This document shows positions 49,005 to 61,147 of a DNA stretch of 64,000 bases, piece after piece. Source of the DNA: Cladosporium halotolerans (Eukaryota). Position 1 is the first letter of the stretch; each line of letters begins with the position of its first letter. The stretch spans positions 496,001-560,000 of the forward strand of contig NW_027191466.1 of NCBI RefSeq assembly GCF_011745625.1, in the 5' to 3' direction. A model generated the notes under the pieces. The model saw only the letters and a program-made list of their open reading frames with translations. It made no database searches and had not been told where the DNA came from. A program made the position numbers and the translations under genes.

Positions 49005-50879
49005 TCATTCAGCCCATCCCAAGACGTCCCTGGAATCGTCGCATAACCTCGCGTACTCCAACAGTAACCTGAAGACGTAAATCGACATGTCTTCAGTCCT
49101 CAATACCTTGTCAGCCCACCTCTTGCCTTCCATAGCAATCTTCTCAGCAACGTCATCGTGGCCTGCCAGCCCGATTTCCTCATTGCCGATAAAATACTCC
49201 ATCAATCCATAAATGTCCATAAAAGTGTTGTCCATGGGCACAAAATGCTTCCACGGTACAAGTCGAGAGTCGTGCCATTCGTCGTATATAGTGGCCTTTA
49301 TCGGCAGAGAAGTCGAGCCGAGGAATCCACGGTATCTGCCGCTGAAGCTGTTGCCATCGATGTCGGGCAGGTATTTGTAATTGTATTGTTCACTCATCGG
49401 CATTGACTTGGCGATGGCGAAGTAGTGGTCGGTGTACGGACAGCGCGGCGAGCCATTTCCAGGGAAACATTCTAGCCAAACAGTCGCCACATCGCTCCAG
49501 GTCTGAATCCAGTCACCAAGCGAGCCGTTCGCTGATGTGGCGCCATACGACTCCAAATTGTACGCTTCTTTTGAAGGCAATATGAAGTTGGGAGGCTTTT
49601 GCCCATGCTCAGCTTCCCGGACGCTGGTGGCGTTTACCATACTGATAAAGCGATGGCGCTGGAAGCGTGTCCAATTCTCTTTCTTGTTCCTGCCACCAGA
49701 GGCAGATCCTCGCCAGATGACCTTGTTTTCCTTCTCATTCCAAGATCCGCCGTGGCCTTTGCCGCCAGAATAAAATGGGTCGTTAGTCCAGTACATTGCC
49801 GGAGGCAGGAGGATCTCGTTGTTCATTTGCAATTTAGATCCGCCGAACAACGGGAAGAATCGCTTCGTGTTGGCGATAGAGAGTGGCTCAACGAACGTGC
49901 CATGCATCCCTTGTAGATCGGGATTTTCGCAAGGCGACTTAGCCAATGTCCAATTCTGCACATAGCCGTGGTGGGAGTGCTTGGGATGGCCAGGCGACAG
50001 AGGAGGCGGAGTGCTGAAGTCGGTCTCAATGAAGGTCTTTCGCGCCGGACTGCCTTCAGGGCAGCCGATCACAGCAAGCGGCCAGTAAGGACCTTCTCCT
50101 CTAAACTGCGGGTCGAAGGGTGGCGGCGGTATCTTGTCAAGATCCTCCAATCCATGGAATTTGCTCTTCAGTTCATTAGCCGGCACAATCCTCCTTCCCG
50201 CTCTCATCTTCGCCATGTTCGCTTCAATCTCCTCGCTCTCAACCACCATCCTGCTTTCGTCCATAACATTGATCGGCATGTCCAAATCAGGCAGCCACCC
50301 CCCTCCTTCAAATACGCTCGCGACCATATCCTGCCACAGCGTCATCCAAGGCCGCTTCACGTCATCAGACTTCACCGTGACCTTCCCATCCCGGACTTTG
50401 ACCTGGTGTTCGAACGTAATCGCATGCTCCCGCATCTGCTTCGCCTCAACACCCCAGAATGGGTTGAGATCATCGTAGATCCTGTCGAAGAACTCCTCCA
50501 CGATCACCGCGCTGTGGTTCTGCGCGAAAGAGAACCACCGGTCGAACCCAGGCGGCGGCTGCCGCCCTCTTCGTTCCCTATATTGCCGCGCAGCATCCTG
50601 CAGCGTGTGCGCTTCTTTCTGCTGCAACCGTACCAGCTCAACATCTGCGCGCCCGATCAATTCGTCAATAGGATGCTCTCCGGGGCTCGTCGCATGAGTG
50701 GGTGGCGGCTTCTCGGGCTTCGCTGCGACGGGCGGGGCGATGTCGAGGCTGGGTATGTGCAATTGTCGCGGCACGCCGAAAGACGAAACGAACAGCCAAG
50801 CGGCTATCGTCAGGACGCCTGCGGCTATTACGAGTTGCGTGAACCGCGAACCCAGGGAAGGTGCCGATATGATGGGCAT
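49005..50879 (-). CDS. Glycosyltransferase family 90 (CAP10/beta-1,2-xylosyltransferase-like), type II membrane protein
   Basis: N-terminal TM helix, YRERRGRQPPPGFDRWF, LPDLDMPINVMDE, WRGSASGG, YKYLPDIDGNSFSGRY, EWHDSRLVPWKHFVP, RLLLEYAR. Confidence 0.95.
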   Translation of the reverse strand: MPIISAPSLGSRFTQLVIAAGVLTIAAWLFVSSFGVPRQLHIPSLDIAPPVAAKPEKPPPTHATSPGEHPIDELIGRADVELVRLQQKEAHTLQDAARQYRERRGRQPPPGFDRWFSFAQNHSAVIVEEFFDRIYDDLNPFWGVEAKQMREHAITFEHQVKVRDGKVTVKSDDVKRPWMTLWQDMVASVFEGGGWLPDLDMPINVMDESRMVVESEEIEANMAKMRAGRRIVPANELKSKFHGLEDLDKIPPPPFDPQFRGEGPYWPLAVIGCPEGSPARKTFIETDFSTPPPLSPGHPKHSHHGYVQNWTLAKSPCENPDLQGMHGTFVEPLSIANTKRFFPLFGGSKLQMNNEILLPPAMYWTNDPFYSGGKGHGGSWNEKENKVIWRGSASGGRNKKENWTRFQRHRFISMVNATSVREAEHGQKPPNFILPSKEAYNLESYGATSANGSLGDWIQTWSDVATVWLECFPGNGSPRCPYTDHYFAIAKSMPMSEQYNYKYLPDIDGNSFSGRYRGFLGSTSLPIKATIYDEWHDSRLVPWKHFVPMDNTFMDIYGLMEYFIGNEEIGLAGHDDVAEKIAMEGKRWADKVLRTEDMSIYVFRLLLEYARLCDDSRDVLGWAE

Positions 50880-51583
50880 AATGGCGCGTGCGACAGGCGC
50901 GCGGGAGGCCGTGCGCAGAGGTGTTCGCGCGAGGTGTGCGATCAGCTGGCGGCGTGGTTTGTTCGAAGAGGCTGCATCTCGCGGTTGCGATTTTCAGCAA
51001 AGGCTCGTGGTGACATGGAGGAGCTGGTGTAAGCGATCGGAGCCGAGAAAAGGGAATGCGGCTCTGGGCCAAGCACGCCGCGAGCCTGGAATTGGTTGGC
51101 ATTTAGCTTTCCGGGGTCCATGCTCCTCGTGGCTGGGAGAGACCAAATACACCACCGTGCTCTGCCACCTCCACGGGGAAGCAGCGTGCTCACCGAGTCA
51201 GGAGTCAGCCTTGTCTCCCTCCCAGACTCTGTCCTAGGTACATGTCGTTGTGAGAGAGGTGACTTTAAGATTCAAAGTCGAATGCCCGGTCACTCGATGT
51301 TGGAGAGAGAAAGAAAAATACACTACCTTTTCATGCACGGGCAAACAGCAGTTGCGGATAGGTTGAGGGTAAAAGTTCTCGCCTCAGAACCAGATAGTCT
51401 ATATTCGTATGGATCATGCTTTTTGTCTACTAGCCAGTCCGGAGCATCTCAAACTCCGCTCCCATGCCCTTCGCCCATTCGTGGCCCCATGGCGATGCTC
51501 GACTGGATGCTAATGCTATCCACCTACATGCCTTCCCAGCGAGAATCTGTGGTTCATCGCGCGTGTGCTCATACTCATTACAT

Positions 51584-52973
51584 TCAGTTGGTCTCCCTGA
51601 CCACAGCGTCGACAGCCTTAGCAAAGTAGTCCACATTGTTTGTGTTCAGACCTGCCATGCTGATGCGTCCATTCTTGGTCATGTACACGTGGTACTTCTC
51701 GCGGAGCGCAAGGACCTGTGATTCGCTCAACCCGGTGAACGAGAACATGCCGATCTGGTCGGTGATGTGGTTCCACTTGCCAGGTGTCTGCATCTCCTCC
51801 AGCTTGGCGCGCAGGGCCTGGCGCATCTCGATGATGCGGCCAGACATGGTTCGGAGATCGCCCTCCCACTCGCTGAAGAGCTGCGGGTTGTTGAGGACAG
51901 TGGAGGCGACGCGGGCTCCGTACGCGGGCGGGTTCGAGATCTCGGAGCGCTGCAGGATGGCGAGCTGAGAGGCAACGCTTGCAGTAGTTTCCGAGGCGTG
52001 AGAGCCTGGCGATGTGACGAAGTGGAAGCAACCTGCACGCTCGCCGTAGAGACCGAAGTTCTTAGCGTATGACTGCGCTACAAGAAGCTCAAAGCCCTGC
52101 TCGACGAAATGGCGGATGGCCCAGTTGTCGGTGCTCAGAGAACCAGAGGCAAAGCCTTGGTAAGCGCAGTCGAAGAAGGGGAACTGTTGCCTCTGCTTCA
52201 TGACCGTGGCTATTTGCTTCCATTGATCCTGAGTAGGGTCCACACCCGTGGGGTTGTGTGCGCATGCGTGCAGCAGAATGATGCTGCCCTCTGGTGCAGA
52301 CTTGAGTGTACCGATCATGCCATCGAAATCAAGGCCCTTGGTGTCCTTGCTGAAGTATGGGTAGTTCTTGATTGGAAGATGGACATTGGAGAAGATCTGA
52401 TTGTGGTTTGCCCATGTTGGCGAGCTGAGGTATATGGTCTTGCCTTCGGAGGTGGAGGGGTTGTAGAACCTAGAAAGGAAGAGGCCACCAAGGTGGTTGG
52501 CGCCAGTGCCAGAGATGGTCTGGAGCGAGGCGACGCGCTTCTCCTGAATTGCAGGCGAGTCGGCACCGAAGATGAGCTTTTGTGAGGCGGAAGTGAAGTC
52601 TGCGAGACCGGCGATTGGAAGATACTCGTGGTTGAGGTCAGGGTCTGAGTGGAGGATGTCATCAGCCTGTGAGTGAGGCGTTAGCTGGGAACGACGCGGT
52701 CCTGCACCACCACAATCATACCTTCTTGACGACGGGAAGAATCCACGGTACTGCGTTGTTGTCGCGGTATGCGCCGATTCCCAGGTCCACCTTCTTAGGA
52801 TCTTTGTCGGCACGGTAGGCCGCCATCAGACCAAACAGAGGGTCTTCAGGTGCCTTCTGCACGGCGCCGAAGGCGCTCTGAACTCCGTTGGAAGACATAT
52901 TGAGCTGCTGATTGAGTTGGTGGAGTCTGCTTGCAGAATTGTCAAGCCGTTGATTGTCGGAAGATGCTGACAT
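51584..52973 (-). CDS. AAT2: Aspartate aminotransferase, cytosolic type; exons 52973-52722 and 52666-51584; second start at 52898
   Basis: APEDPLFGL, KVDLGIGAYRD, LHACAHNPTGVDP, FDCAYQGFASG, QSYAKNFGLYGERAG (PLP lysine), GRISMAG. Intron 52667-52721. Confidence 0.98.
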
Positions 52974-54009
52974 TGTGAGGAAAGTGAGTGGTTTGGTGAC
53001 GCGCGGGGTGGACTTCGGACGACGCAGACACACAGGCCACGATCGTGGGGTGTCGCTTGGAGCCGCCCTATGGCACGGCGGGGAAGGGCAAAAGCGTCTC
53101 GGGGCAAAATGCGCGGTTCAAACTTCCGAGTCGGGCTGCACTGGCCTGCACGGGAGTATGGTAAATGATGGTCGATTTTGAGAATGGCGCTCTTCTCCAA
53201 CAGCTTTGATGACGCTACAAAGCGTTGTTTCAGCTGTTTTTTGCTGTGCTTTGGTGCTCTCCAATTTTCGAGAGCTGGCAATTTGCAGGAGATGCTGGAC
53301 GCGTTTCGTTGCAATGTTGTTCTCGGGAAGTGGTCGGCAACTGACGGCTGAAACAGTGGAGGCGATATCCGTCCGGGTAATTGGCGCAGGATGCGGAGGG
53401 CTGCGACGAGTGAAAGCAAGAAGGAAGAAACTAGTAGGTAAGAGGAGAGTGAATTTAGCTAAGGCGAGCACGGAAGCAGCAGGAAGATATCGCGTGGCCT
53501 AGCTATGGCATATGGGCTCATGACCAGCAGAGAAGGAGTCCGGTTCTCTTTCGTGGCGCCCGAGCCGGCCGAGGCAATTCAAGGCGTCATCACGCTTGCA
53601 TGTGAAGCCTCGCAATTTTGCTCGATATGGTGATAACATTCACACAGTAGCGGCAGTCATTCCTCGGAGCCTTGAGTTCGAGTTGTCCTAAGCATGCTAC
53701 TCGAGATGGTCCTCGGTGTTTGAGTGCGTAGCAGTGCTGCTTGTTCGGACGGTTCGAAGGGGCGACCTCGGAAGGACTGCCCATTACGAGACATTTACTT
53801 GAGTTTTTGTCCTGTGCATAATCCTTCGACATAGGCTGAAACGTTGCGCGACTTTCCCGTCTGGACGCATGTGATACCTTATTGTTTTGGTAATTCAACT
53901 AATGCTACCTCTTACGTTTCTTACAGCAGACTAGTGGCTTTCATGAGGTGAGAGAATCGAAACGCTTGCTGGGTCGCCCACAGAAGATCAGTTTGATACA
54001 CAAGAACTT

Positions 54010-54726
54010 TCAAGATGCATTCACTATAGACTGCCGAGGTTTCTGCTCGATCATCCTCTTTCCGCAGTATTCACATGGCCTCAAGACGCGCAATTCGTAC
54101 TTGCTCATTTTCTCCCCAAAAGACGACAGGAACGCGATGATTGCGTTCGTGAAGCCCAGGGTCGATGAGAAGTGACGCTTGTGTACTGTTTCACGGATAG
54201 TGCATAGGCACATGTCCGTCTCCACGGTTTCCAGAAAGGTCAATGGCCGCTGGTGTGACGTCGACGCCTCTGAATGCAGCTCAAGACTGTACTCGCCATC
54301 GGCGAGCATTCGTTGCCCCTGTAGCGAGAACACAGTTGAGCTCGGCAGCTTGTATTCGATTGCGAAGCTGCTCATCAACTCAATATAGCTCAAAAACTTC
54401 TTCAAGAGGCTTGAAGTGTACTCGTAGCTGCCCAAGACCAGGTCATCTTGAAGGATGAATGTGTTGTTTGAGTAGTAAATAGGTGTGCTCTCCGCGCGAA
54501 TACTTTGGCATGTTTGGAGAAGAGCCGGCACGTTCCATTGTAGACTATCACTTGGCTGTCGTGCCTGCTCTTCGGTATCAAGACCTGGCCTTCTGTGAAA
54601 GAGCGGGATGGGATGATCGTCGATCAGCGCGAATTCCCATATCGTCAATTGGAGCTCTTTCGGGAGACGAAGGAGGGAGCTCTGTGGAAGATTGCAGCCG
54701 GGATTGAATCTCATTAAATCATCCAT
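54010..54726 (-). CDS. Hypothetical protein with an F-box-like N-terminal motif
   Basis: SSLLRLPKELQLTIWEFAL...PALLQTCQSIRAESTPIYYSNNTF is a pattern typical of expanded Dothideomycete families. The likely start is ATG 54726. Confidence 0.75.
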   Translation of the reverse strand: MDDLMRFNPGCNLPQSSLLRLPKELQLTIWEFALIDDHPIPLFHRRPGLDTEEQARQPSDSLQWNVPALLQTCQSIRAESTPIYYSNNTFILQDDLVLGSYEYTSSLLKKFLSYIELMSSFAIEYKLPSSTVFSLQGQRMLADGEYSLELHSEASTSHQRPLTFLETVETDMCLCTIRETVHKRHFSSTLGFTNAIIAFLSSFGEKMSKYELRVLRPCEYCGKRMIEQKPRQSIVNAS

Positions 54727-55066
54727 TTGTGATGATGTGTACACAGAGTACACTTGATGGGCACACGAAAGGGCGAAAGCTATTCCACGACATGACGTCC
54801 GCTGAATATGTACTTCCACTGGTCAGCTATATCCACCATTTCATGGTGCTGATGACGGAGGCGGCAGCGCGCCGGAATTTGCCGTTCGCGTGGGGTTTCC
54901 ACCTCTTGTTTACATCCGAACTTCGCGGCGCCAAAACACACGCACCACGCGCATTGACCCTTTAGGTTCGTATCGCATATTGCATTCTACAGCAGACTTA
55001 CACAAAGTGTGTTCTGCATTGTTATTCAACATTCGCGGCGATTGTCACCAGCGCAACGAACAACTT

Positions 55067-56664
55067 ATGGCGCCGCGTGTCGCAAGCAGCCGCGCAGGAG
55101 CGTCCGACAGCGAAGACGACCTTGCAACCGCCGCTGCCATCTCATCTGTCGAGAACAGGCGCGCGGCGCAAAACACGCTCACCTCGACCAAGTTTGGCAA
55201 AGCTATGCGCCGTAATAGCACTACGAAAGCACCGATCAAGAGGAAAGCCCCCGCCGCGAAACAGTCACGTCAAGCGCTCAAGGATCGCACGAACTACCCC
55301 GGAGACAGCGAGAACGAAGAAGCGAACAACGCAGACGGCGCCGACATGGAGAACGAAGATCCGAAGCCTAAGACCAAGCGCACGAAGACAACTGCTGCCT
55401 CAAAGAAGAAGGCGCCTGCGAGCGAGCCCGCGGACGATGCTGTTAAGCCTGCTGCCGGTGCGAAGAAAGATCGGACGACAAAGCGCGCACCGTCAGCTGA
55501 GCCGACGAGAGTAATCCCAGAAACTCAGCAAGATCCCGATCATATGGAAGACGTGTCGGAAACCATCGAAGGCGCAGACGAGATGGAACCCGAGCCTGCG
55601 CCTAAGGCGCGACAGGCGAATGGCTACTCCTCGCGTCAACGTTCAACATCGGCCCAGCCGCTACAGCCTCGCGCGAGCGCGCGCTCCGTGTCAGCTCAGC
55701 CTGGATACCCCGGCCCGAGGGAGCGCAGCGGAAGTGTCAGTGGGACTGAGCGCGAGAGGAGAGGAGGCGACCCCGAGCTGCGCAGAAGGTTGAACGAGAT
55801 GACACGGAAGCACGAAAATTTGAGCCTCAAGTATCAAAACCTCCAAGAGCTTGGTAAGAACAACGCGGAGACGAACTTTGAGAAGCTCAAGCGCGCTTCG
55901 GACGAGAAAGCGAAGACTGCGAACGACCTGATTGCTTCGTTGAAGAAGGAGCTTGCGGAAGCTCGCAAAGCCACGAAGGCCGATAGCTCCGAGACGACTG
56001 CACTGCAAAAGCAAGTCAACACCCTGAACGCGACGAACGAAAAGCTGGCGACAGAGAACAAAGATCTCAAGTCCAAGGCTCAGGCGGCGCAGAGCGACGC
56101 CAAAGCGGCGCAGAATGAGGTCAAGTCAATGGAAGCCAAGCTCGCTGCTGCGCGCGCAGAGGTTACTGCGCAAGAAGCGAAGGCTAAGGGAGCCGCTGCT
56201 GCTCGCAGTGTACCCGCAAACACGTCCGAGTCGCAGAAGGAGGCCAAGATGAAGGAGAACCTCTACTCTGACCTGACCGGTCTGATTATCCGCAACGTGA
56301 AGCGCAAGGATGGTGAAGACGAGTTCGACTGCCTTCAAACTGGTCGCAACGGCAGTAAGTTTCATCAGATATTCCAGTCGAGACGCGAAAATTCGCTGAC
56401 CTTAGTTCCCCAGCTTTGCACTTCCATCTCACGGTTGCGAATGACTCGACTTCTTCTGCCCCTAAAACTCCGTCTGGCCAGTCTTACGAAGAGGCCGAAT
56501 TCACATATGAGCCTCTGCTGGATGAAGGCCGGGATGGAGAACTTGTCGAGATTCTGCCCGATTACCTTACCGAGGATATCGAGTTCCCTAGGCACCAGGC
56601 CCTCAAGTTCTACCACAAGATGCTCGAAAGTATGATGAAGCGGATCATGGTCGAAGAGGAGTAA
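55067..56664 (+). CDS. Monopolin subunit Csm1/Pcs1-like protein; exons 55067-56354 and 56414-56664
   Basis: Coiled coil followed by KENLYSDLTGLII, FDCLQTGRNG|TLHFHL and LPDYLTEDIEF...KFY. Intron 56355-56413 (GTAAGT..GCTGAC..CAG). Confidence 0.9.
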
Positions 56665-57258
56665 AGCGGCGAAGTGCCTGATTGCTGTGTCCACTGGGTC
56701 TTATCACAATTGGTGATGGCTCTTTATCATGCGGATTGTTTGGGTATTGGATGGTGCACGTGGAATGCAGTCGCCTCGAGCAGAGGCGATTATGGCGCAC
56801 GGCGCTTTGGGCTAATATTAGATACCTCTTGATTTCTTTCGTATTGGCTTTCGTAATGCACGTTGAATGGAACGAATTGTAAGCCCATCAAAACATTGTA
56901 GCAGTAAATGATGCCAGTCGCTTCCGGCGATAACATATCGGACGGATTGCGCCAGCAGTGGAGCGGCTTATGACGCCGGCCCCTCAAGGAAGGGTGCAGG
57001 GTGCAGGCGGGACCTGGGGGTTGATGCTCGTGCAGCACCGGAGGTAGACAGCTGTACCGCCAGTTTCACATGAGAGATTGCCCTATACCACTGATGCTAT
57101 AACTCACCACCACTGCTCCTGCACTCGCCGATCCGACGAAGCCATGGCCTGCTGCGCCGCGAAATAAACAACAGCAGTCCGCTTCGGCCAACTCCCAAGG
57201 GAACCACGCAATCAATGCAGCCGCCTCAACAGCGCTCGCGTAGTCAGTGTCACCGACA

Positions 57259-59139
57259 ATGCACGCCAGCGATGTCCGCACCAGCTCAACCCCTGCCTCT
57301 TCGTCCTCCCTGCGTCCTCGCAACCGCCGGTTGATCTCGGGCTTGAGTGACGTGGGCGACAACGAGGAGGACAACCAGCTGCTGAACCCCAACACCGCCC
57401 CCACAAGGAGAGCTGCGAGCCCGCTGCCGAGTCCATTCGAGAGTCGAGGAGGAAGTCCGATACCACGCGAGAGGTTGAGCAGACCAACGAGCTCACGAGG
57501 CAATCAAGGCAAAAGGAATGAGAGTCCTATCGCGAACCTTTGGGGTAGCTCGTGGAATACGCTACAGGGCTTCGCAAATGACTTGCTCGGAAACGATGGC
57601 CCGGCAATGCAGCAAAGGACACGCCGGCCGGTCGGTCGGATGCATGTATCCCGCGGCAGTATGTCAGCGCCGCCTGCGGACTGGGGACCTCAAGCTCCTA
57701 CTTCCGCACCAGGCGTTGGAAGCATAGGGATGGGATCGAGAGAGGAAGTCGAGAATGCGATGCGGGCACAGAAGAGGAAGGAAATGCTTACCCGGGGAGA
57801 AAGCTATGCGGACTCGTTAGGACGGATCAAAAGGAGGACGTCGGATGAGGATCGCGGAGGGATGGCATCTTCGGCGCCGCCTGGGGATCACGAGATGAGA
57901 GATGCACTGGTCTACCTCCATAACGTTCGGAAAGAGGATACACTTGCGGGGATCACTATACGATATAACTGCTCCGCAAACGCACTGAGGAAGGCGAACA
58001 GGATGTGGCCGAACGATACCGTGCAGAGCCGGCCGATCTTGGTCGTGCCCGTAGATGCTTGCGCGGTGAAAGGGAAGCCCTTATCGCAGTTGGAAGCAAC
58101 GGACCTGTTAAGCGACGAGAACGATGCTTTGTCGGCGGGAAAAGCAGAGGAGGTTTCAACTCCAAAAGCTCCAGTGCCCGTAGCCAACGGCAACGACCTA
58201 TCGCGCAATCGAACGAACTCCGCCTCAACGAACACAAGCACCCACCGATCCCTATCCGCCGCGGTATCAAACTCTGATACAGAACCACCCTGGCACCACG
58301 ACTCCTGGGTTTTATTTCCAGGTGCCTCGAAACCAACCGAAATCGCACGCCTATCAAGAAGAACAATCGGTTACTTTCCGCCAGCCAGACGAAAAAGCGC
58401 TTCCTACTCCGACCTCGACACGCCATCAACGTCGCTCGACCTCTCTCGCACCAACACCTCAGATCGCCCTGTCATCTCGCCTCTACGCGACCCTCCACAA
58501 CGACCCCGCGGTGCCCGACGCACCTCCAACGCCACATCAGGCTACTTCCCCTCCTACCTGGCCGGCCCAGGCGGCGTCGGCACAATGAACAAGAACGTTT
58601 CCTCTCCTGGCCCAGCCCAAGACGGCCTGAACAAGTTTTTCGCCCGCCACCTCCCCGACGTCGCACCACCACGAAATCAGCAGTCCCTCTACCAGCCCGA
58701 AATGCCGCACTACTCTGACGCTTCGGGAGCGACAACGCCCAGCTCGCAGGCCCTCAACAACGGCCACATCAACATCGAAAACGTCGGCGGCGCGATCGAG
58801 AGCTGGATGCGGCGCGTCGCGTCCAAAGCGAAAGATGCCCTCGAGCCCACTGAACGTGCGAAGCCCGCACGAGCAAGCGTTGGCGTGCCGCATACCGGCG
58901 TGCGAGGCGTGGGTGATTTGATCGAGATGACGGATGAGTTTGAGATCGGAGGGGACGAGGAAGACGAGGTTGATGCAAACAGGGGACGCCGGGGATCGGA
59001 AATTCACGGCACTCCTGTGAGTGTCGGCGGCGGCGGCAACTCGTCTGGATTCTTCAATCCTGGCGCTGCGGCGACTGGGGCTGGGAAGCGGGAAAGGAGC
59101 AAGGGCGATCAGTTTGGCAAAGCTGGGAAGGGCGATTGA
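57259..59139 (+). CDS. Intracellular LysM (CBM50) domain protein
   Basis: A single LysM domain (VYLHNVRKEDTLAGITIRYNCSANALRKANRMWPNDTVQSRPILVVPV) in a disordered context. No signal peptide. Confidence 0.9.
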   Translation: MHASDVRTSSTPASSSSLRPRNRRLISGLSDVGDNEEDNQLLNPNTAPTRRAASPLPSPFESRGGSPIPRERLSRPTSSRGNQGKRNESPIANLWGSSWNTLQGFANDLLGNDGPAMQQRTRRPVGRMHVSRGSMSAPPADWGPQAPTSAPGVGSIGMGSREEVENAMRAQKRKEMLTRGESYADSLGRIKRRTSDEDRGGMASSAPPGDHEMRDALVYLHNVRKEDTLAGITIRYNCSANALRKANRMWPNDTVQSRPILVVPVDACAVKGKPLSQLEATDLLSDENDALSAGKAEEVSTPKAPVPVANGNDLSRNRTNSASTNTSTHRSLSAAVSNSDTEPPWHHDSWVLFPGASKPTEIARLSRRTIGYFPPARRKSASYSDLDTPSTSLDLSRTNTSDRPVISPLRDPPQRPRGARRTSNATSGYFPSYLAGPGGVGTMNKNVSSPGPAQDGLNKFFARHLPDVAPPRNQQSLYQPEMPHYSDASGATTPSSQALNNGHINIENVGGAIESWMRRVASKAKDALEPTERAKPARASVGVPHTGVRGVGDLIEMTDEFEIGGDEEDEVDANRGRRGSEIHGTPVSVGGGGNSSGFFNPGAAATGAGKRERSKGDQFGKAGKGD

Positions 59140-59749
59140 GAGCATCCGCGATGTTTTGCGGGATTAAGATTTCGCTTGAAATGCGAGAATTTTCAAGGCG
59201 GCCATCGGTATTTCTTGAGGCGTAGTGGCGTTTCACATTGCATAGAGCCGCAGGGCATGGTGCGTTTCACGTCGCAGTTTTGCACGGTGGAGTTTCGAAC
59301 CGCATATGATGCAGGAGGTTTAGATTCGAGCGTTGATAGTTTTCCATTTCAATGATACCAAGACATCGTATGCTGCGAACGCTGCGTGATATGCCATTCG
59401 AAATTGACAAGATGATCAATGCTGCCGGCATGGGTGTGTGTGATGTCTATTCTCAGGTCAAGGCCTGCTACGTGAACTTTTTCAAATGTAACGAAAGTGA
59501 GCGGCGGACCATGTTTTTTCTTTTTTCATCTCATGAAACTCATGAGGGAAACACTGCGATGATGCTTTGGTGCCATTGGCTCGATGAAAGAAAACCCGTC
59601 CCATCCCCTGGATCATGATCTAGATGTTGAATGTCGCAAGACACCGCCATGATGACTGTAGTTGAGTTCATCCACGTGACCCCACTCTTTTCCGAATTGC
59701 GAAGACTGAAGATACCGCTGGAAAAAAATCAAAAGAATTTTTGCCGCGC

Positions 59750-61147
59750 TCATCCAGCCGTGTAATTACTCAATCGGCCCATGCTAGCCCTTTTGTCTTG
59801 CATCAGCCCCGGCGTCGGCGTAACCGGACGGCTGTTCTCCATAGCATGCAGCGCGACGTTCTCCCTGAGTGCCACGTATTCGCTGTCGGCATATCCTAGT
59901 GCTCCGTGGATGTAACTGCTTCGTCGGCCCTTGATACGCTTGACCTCACTCGTTGAGTAGTTGACTAACGCTCGTCCCACCTCTTCTGCCTCGCTTAACG
60001 CTGCATCACGTGCTGGAAGGACAGAAATGCGGACACACTCTTGCTGCCCGAAGTTCCCTTCAACGTCGACGACACCTATGGGGAGGAGGTTGGCTTTGTT
60101 GCAAAGAGCTGTGTATGCGCCGGGGTCAATGTAGATTGTGCCGTGGGGAGTCAGGCCGTGCAGCAGCCAGAAGTAGCGGTCACGGATCGGCTGAGGGGCG
60201 GGTAGGAACCGTGTATGTAAAGGTGGGAGGCTGGGTTCGGCGAGAGCCGTGCCGTTGTTGGTGATTGGCACAGTTTGTACGGGAGTGTCGGAGGGAGTGG
60301 GTTCCTCGCTGTTGTCGGGGCTCTGTTTGAGTGATTCCACGTAGTTGACGATGCTGGCGATGTTGCCAGGTTTGCTGCTGCGAGTGACAACGGTTGTGGC
60401 TCCTGCTGCGGTGGCGAGGCGTGCTGCTGTGATCTTGGTTCCCATACCGCCAGTTCCGAGGGCAGAGCCTGCGCTCGAGGTATCGGCTTCCAGGACAGAG
60501 ATGTCATCCACAACCTCAATGGCCTTCGCATCGGGGTTTGTTCGTGGGTTCTTATCGTAGAGGCAGTCCACGTCCGTCATCAGAAATAAGTAATCGGCCT
60601 GTACCATCGCAGATGTTATCGCGCTGAGAGTATCGTTGTCGCCAAACTTGATTTCCTGAACGCTGAGAGTGTCGTTCTCGTTCACAATGGGAATGACGCC
60701 CATGTTGAGCAACTCAATAAAGGTGTGCTCAGCATTGAGGTATTGCGTTCGGTCGGCGATGTCGTTCCTTGTGAGGAGAATTTGGGCAACAGGTTGTCGC
60801 ATTTGCGAGAACAGGTTGTCCCACATGCTCATCAACTTGCATTGTCCAATGGCTGCCAATGCTTGCACCTGTGGAAGATGCTTCGGTCTCCTCTCCATGT
60901 CCATCTGGCGCAAGGCCATGCCAATGGCGCCAGAGGAGCATATGACGACGCGGTGGCCATCTTGGCGGAGGCTGACCGCAGTCTCCACGATTGTCGAGAG
61001 TGTGCTTAGTAGAGGCGCGTGTGTTTTCTCATCGACGATGGACGAGGTGCCTATATCACGGCCGTTAGTGGGGGCTGTTCTCTGCCTACTGCCGGGCTCA
61101 TACTTTTATGTACCGAGCTTGATCACGATGGTCAGATGGCGCTTCAT
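59750..61147 (-). CDS. PRO1: Glutamate 5-kinase; exons 61147-61114 and 61050-59750
   Basis: TIVIKLG|TSSI, SSGAI, QALAAIGQ, IPIVNENDT, FGDNDTLSA, GTGGMGTK, and a C-terminal PUA domain. Intron 61051-61113. Confidence 0.97.

Noticed and set aside
52826..53419. TTG-started 197-aa ORF upstream of AAT2 with a presequence-like start
   Set aside because: It is out of frame with AAT2, has no ATG, and no splice path linking the two was found. More likely a pyrimidine-rich 5' leader.
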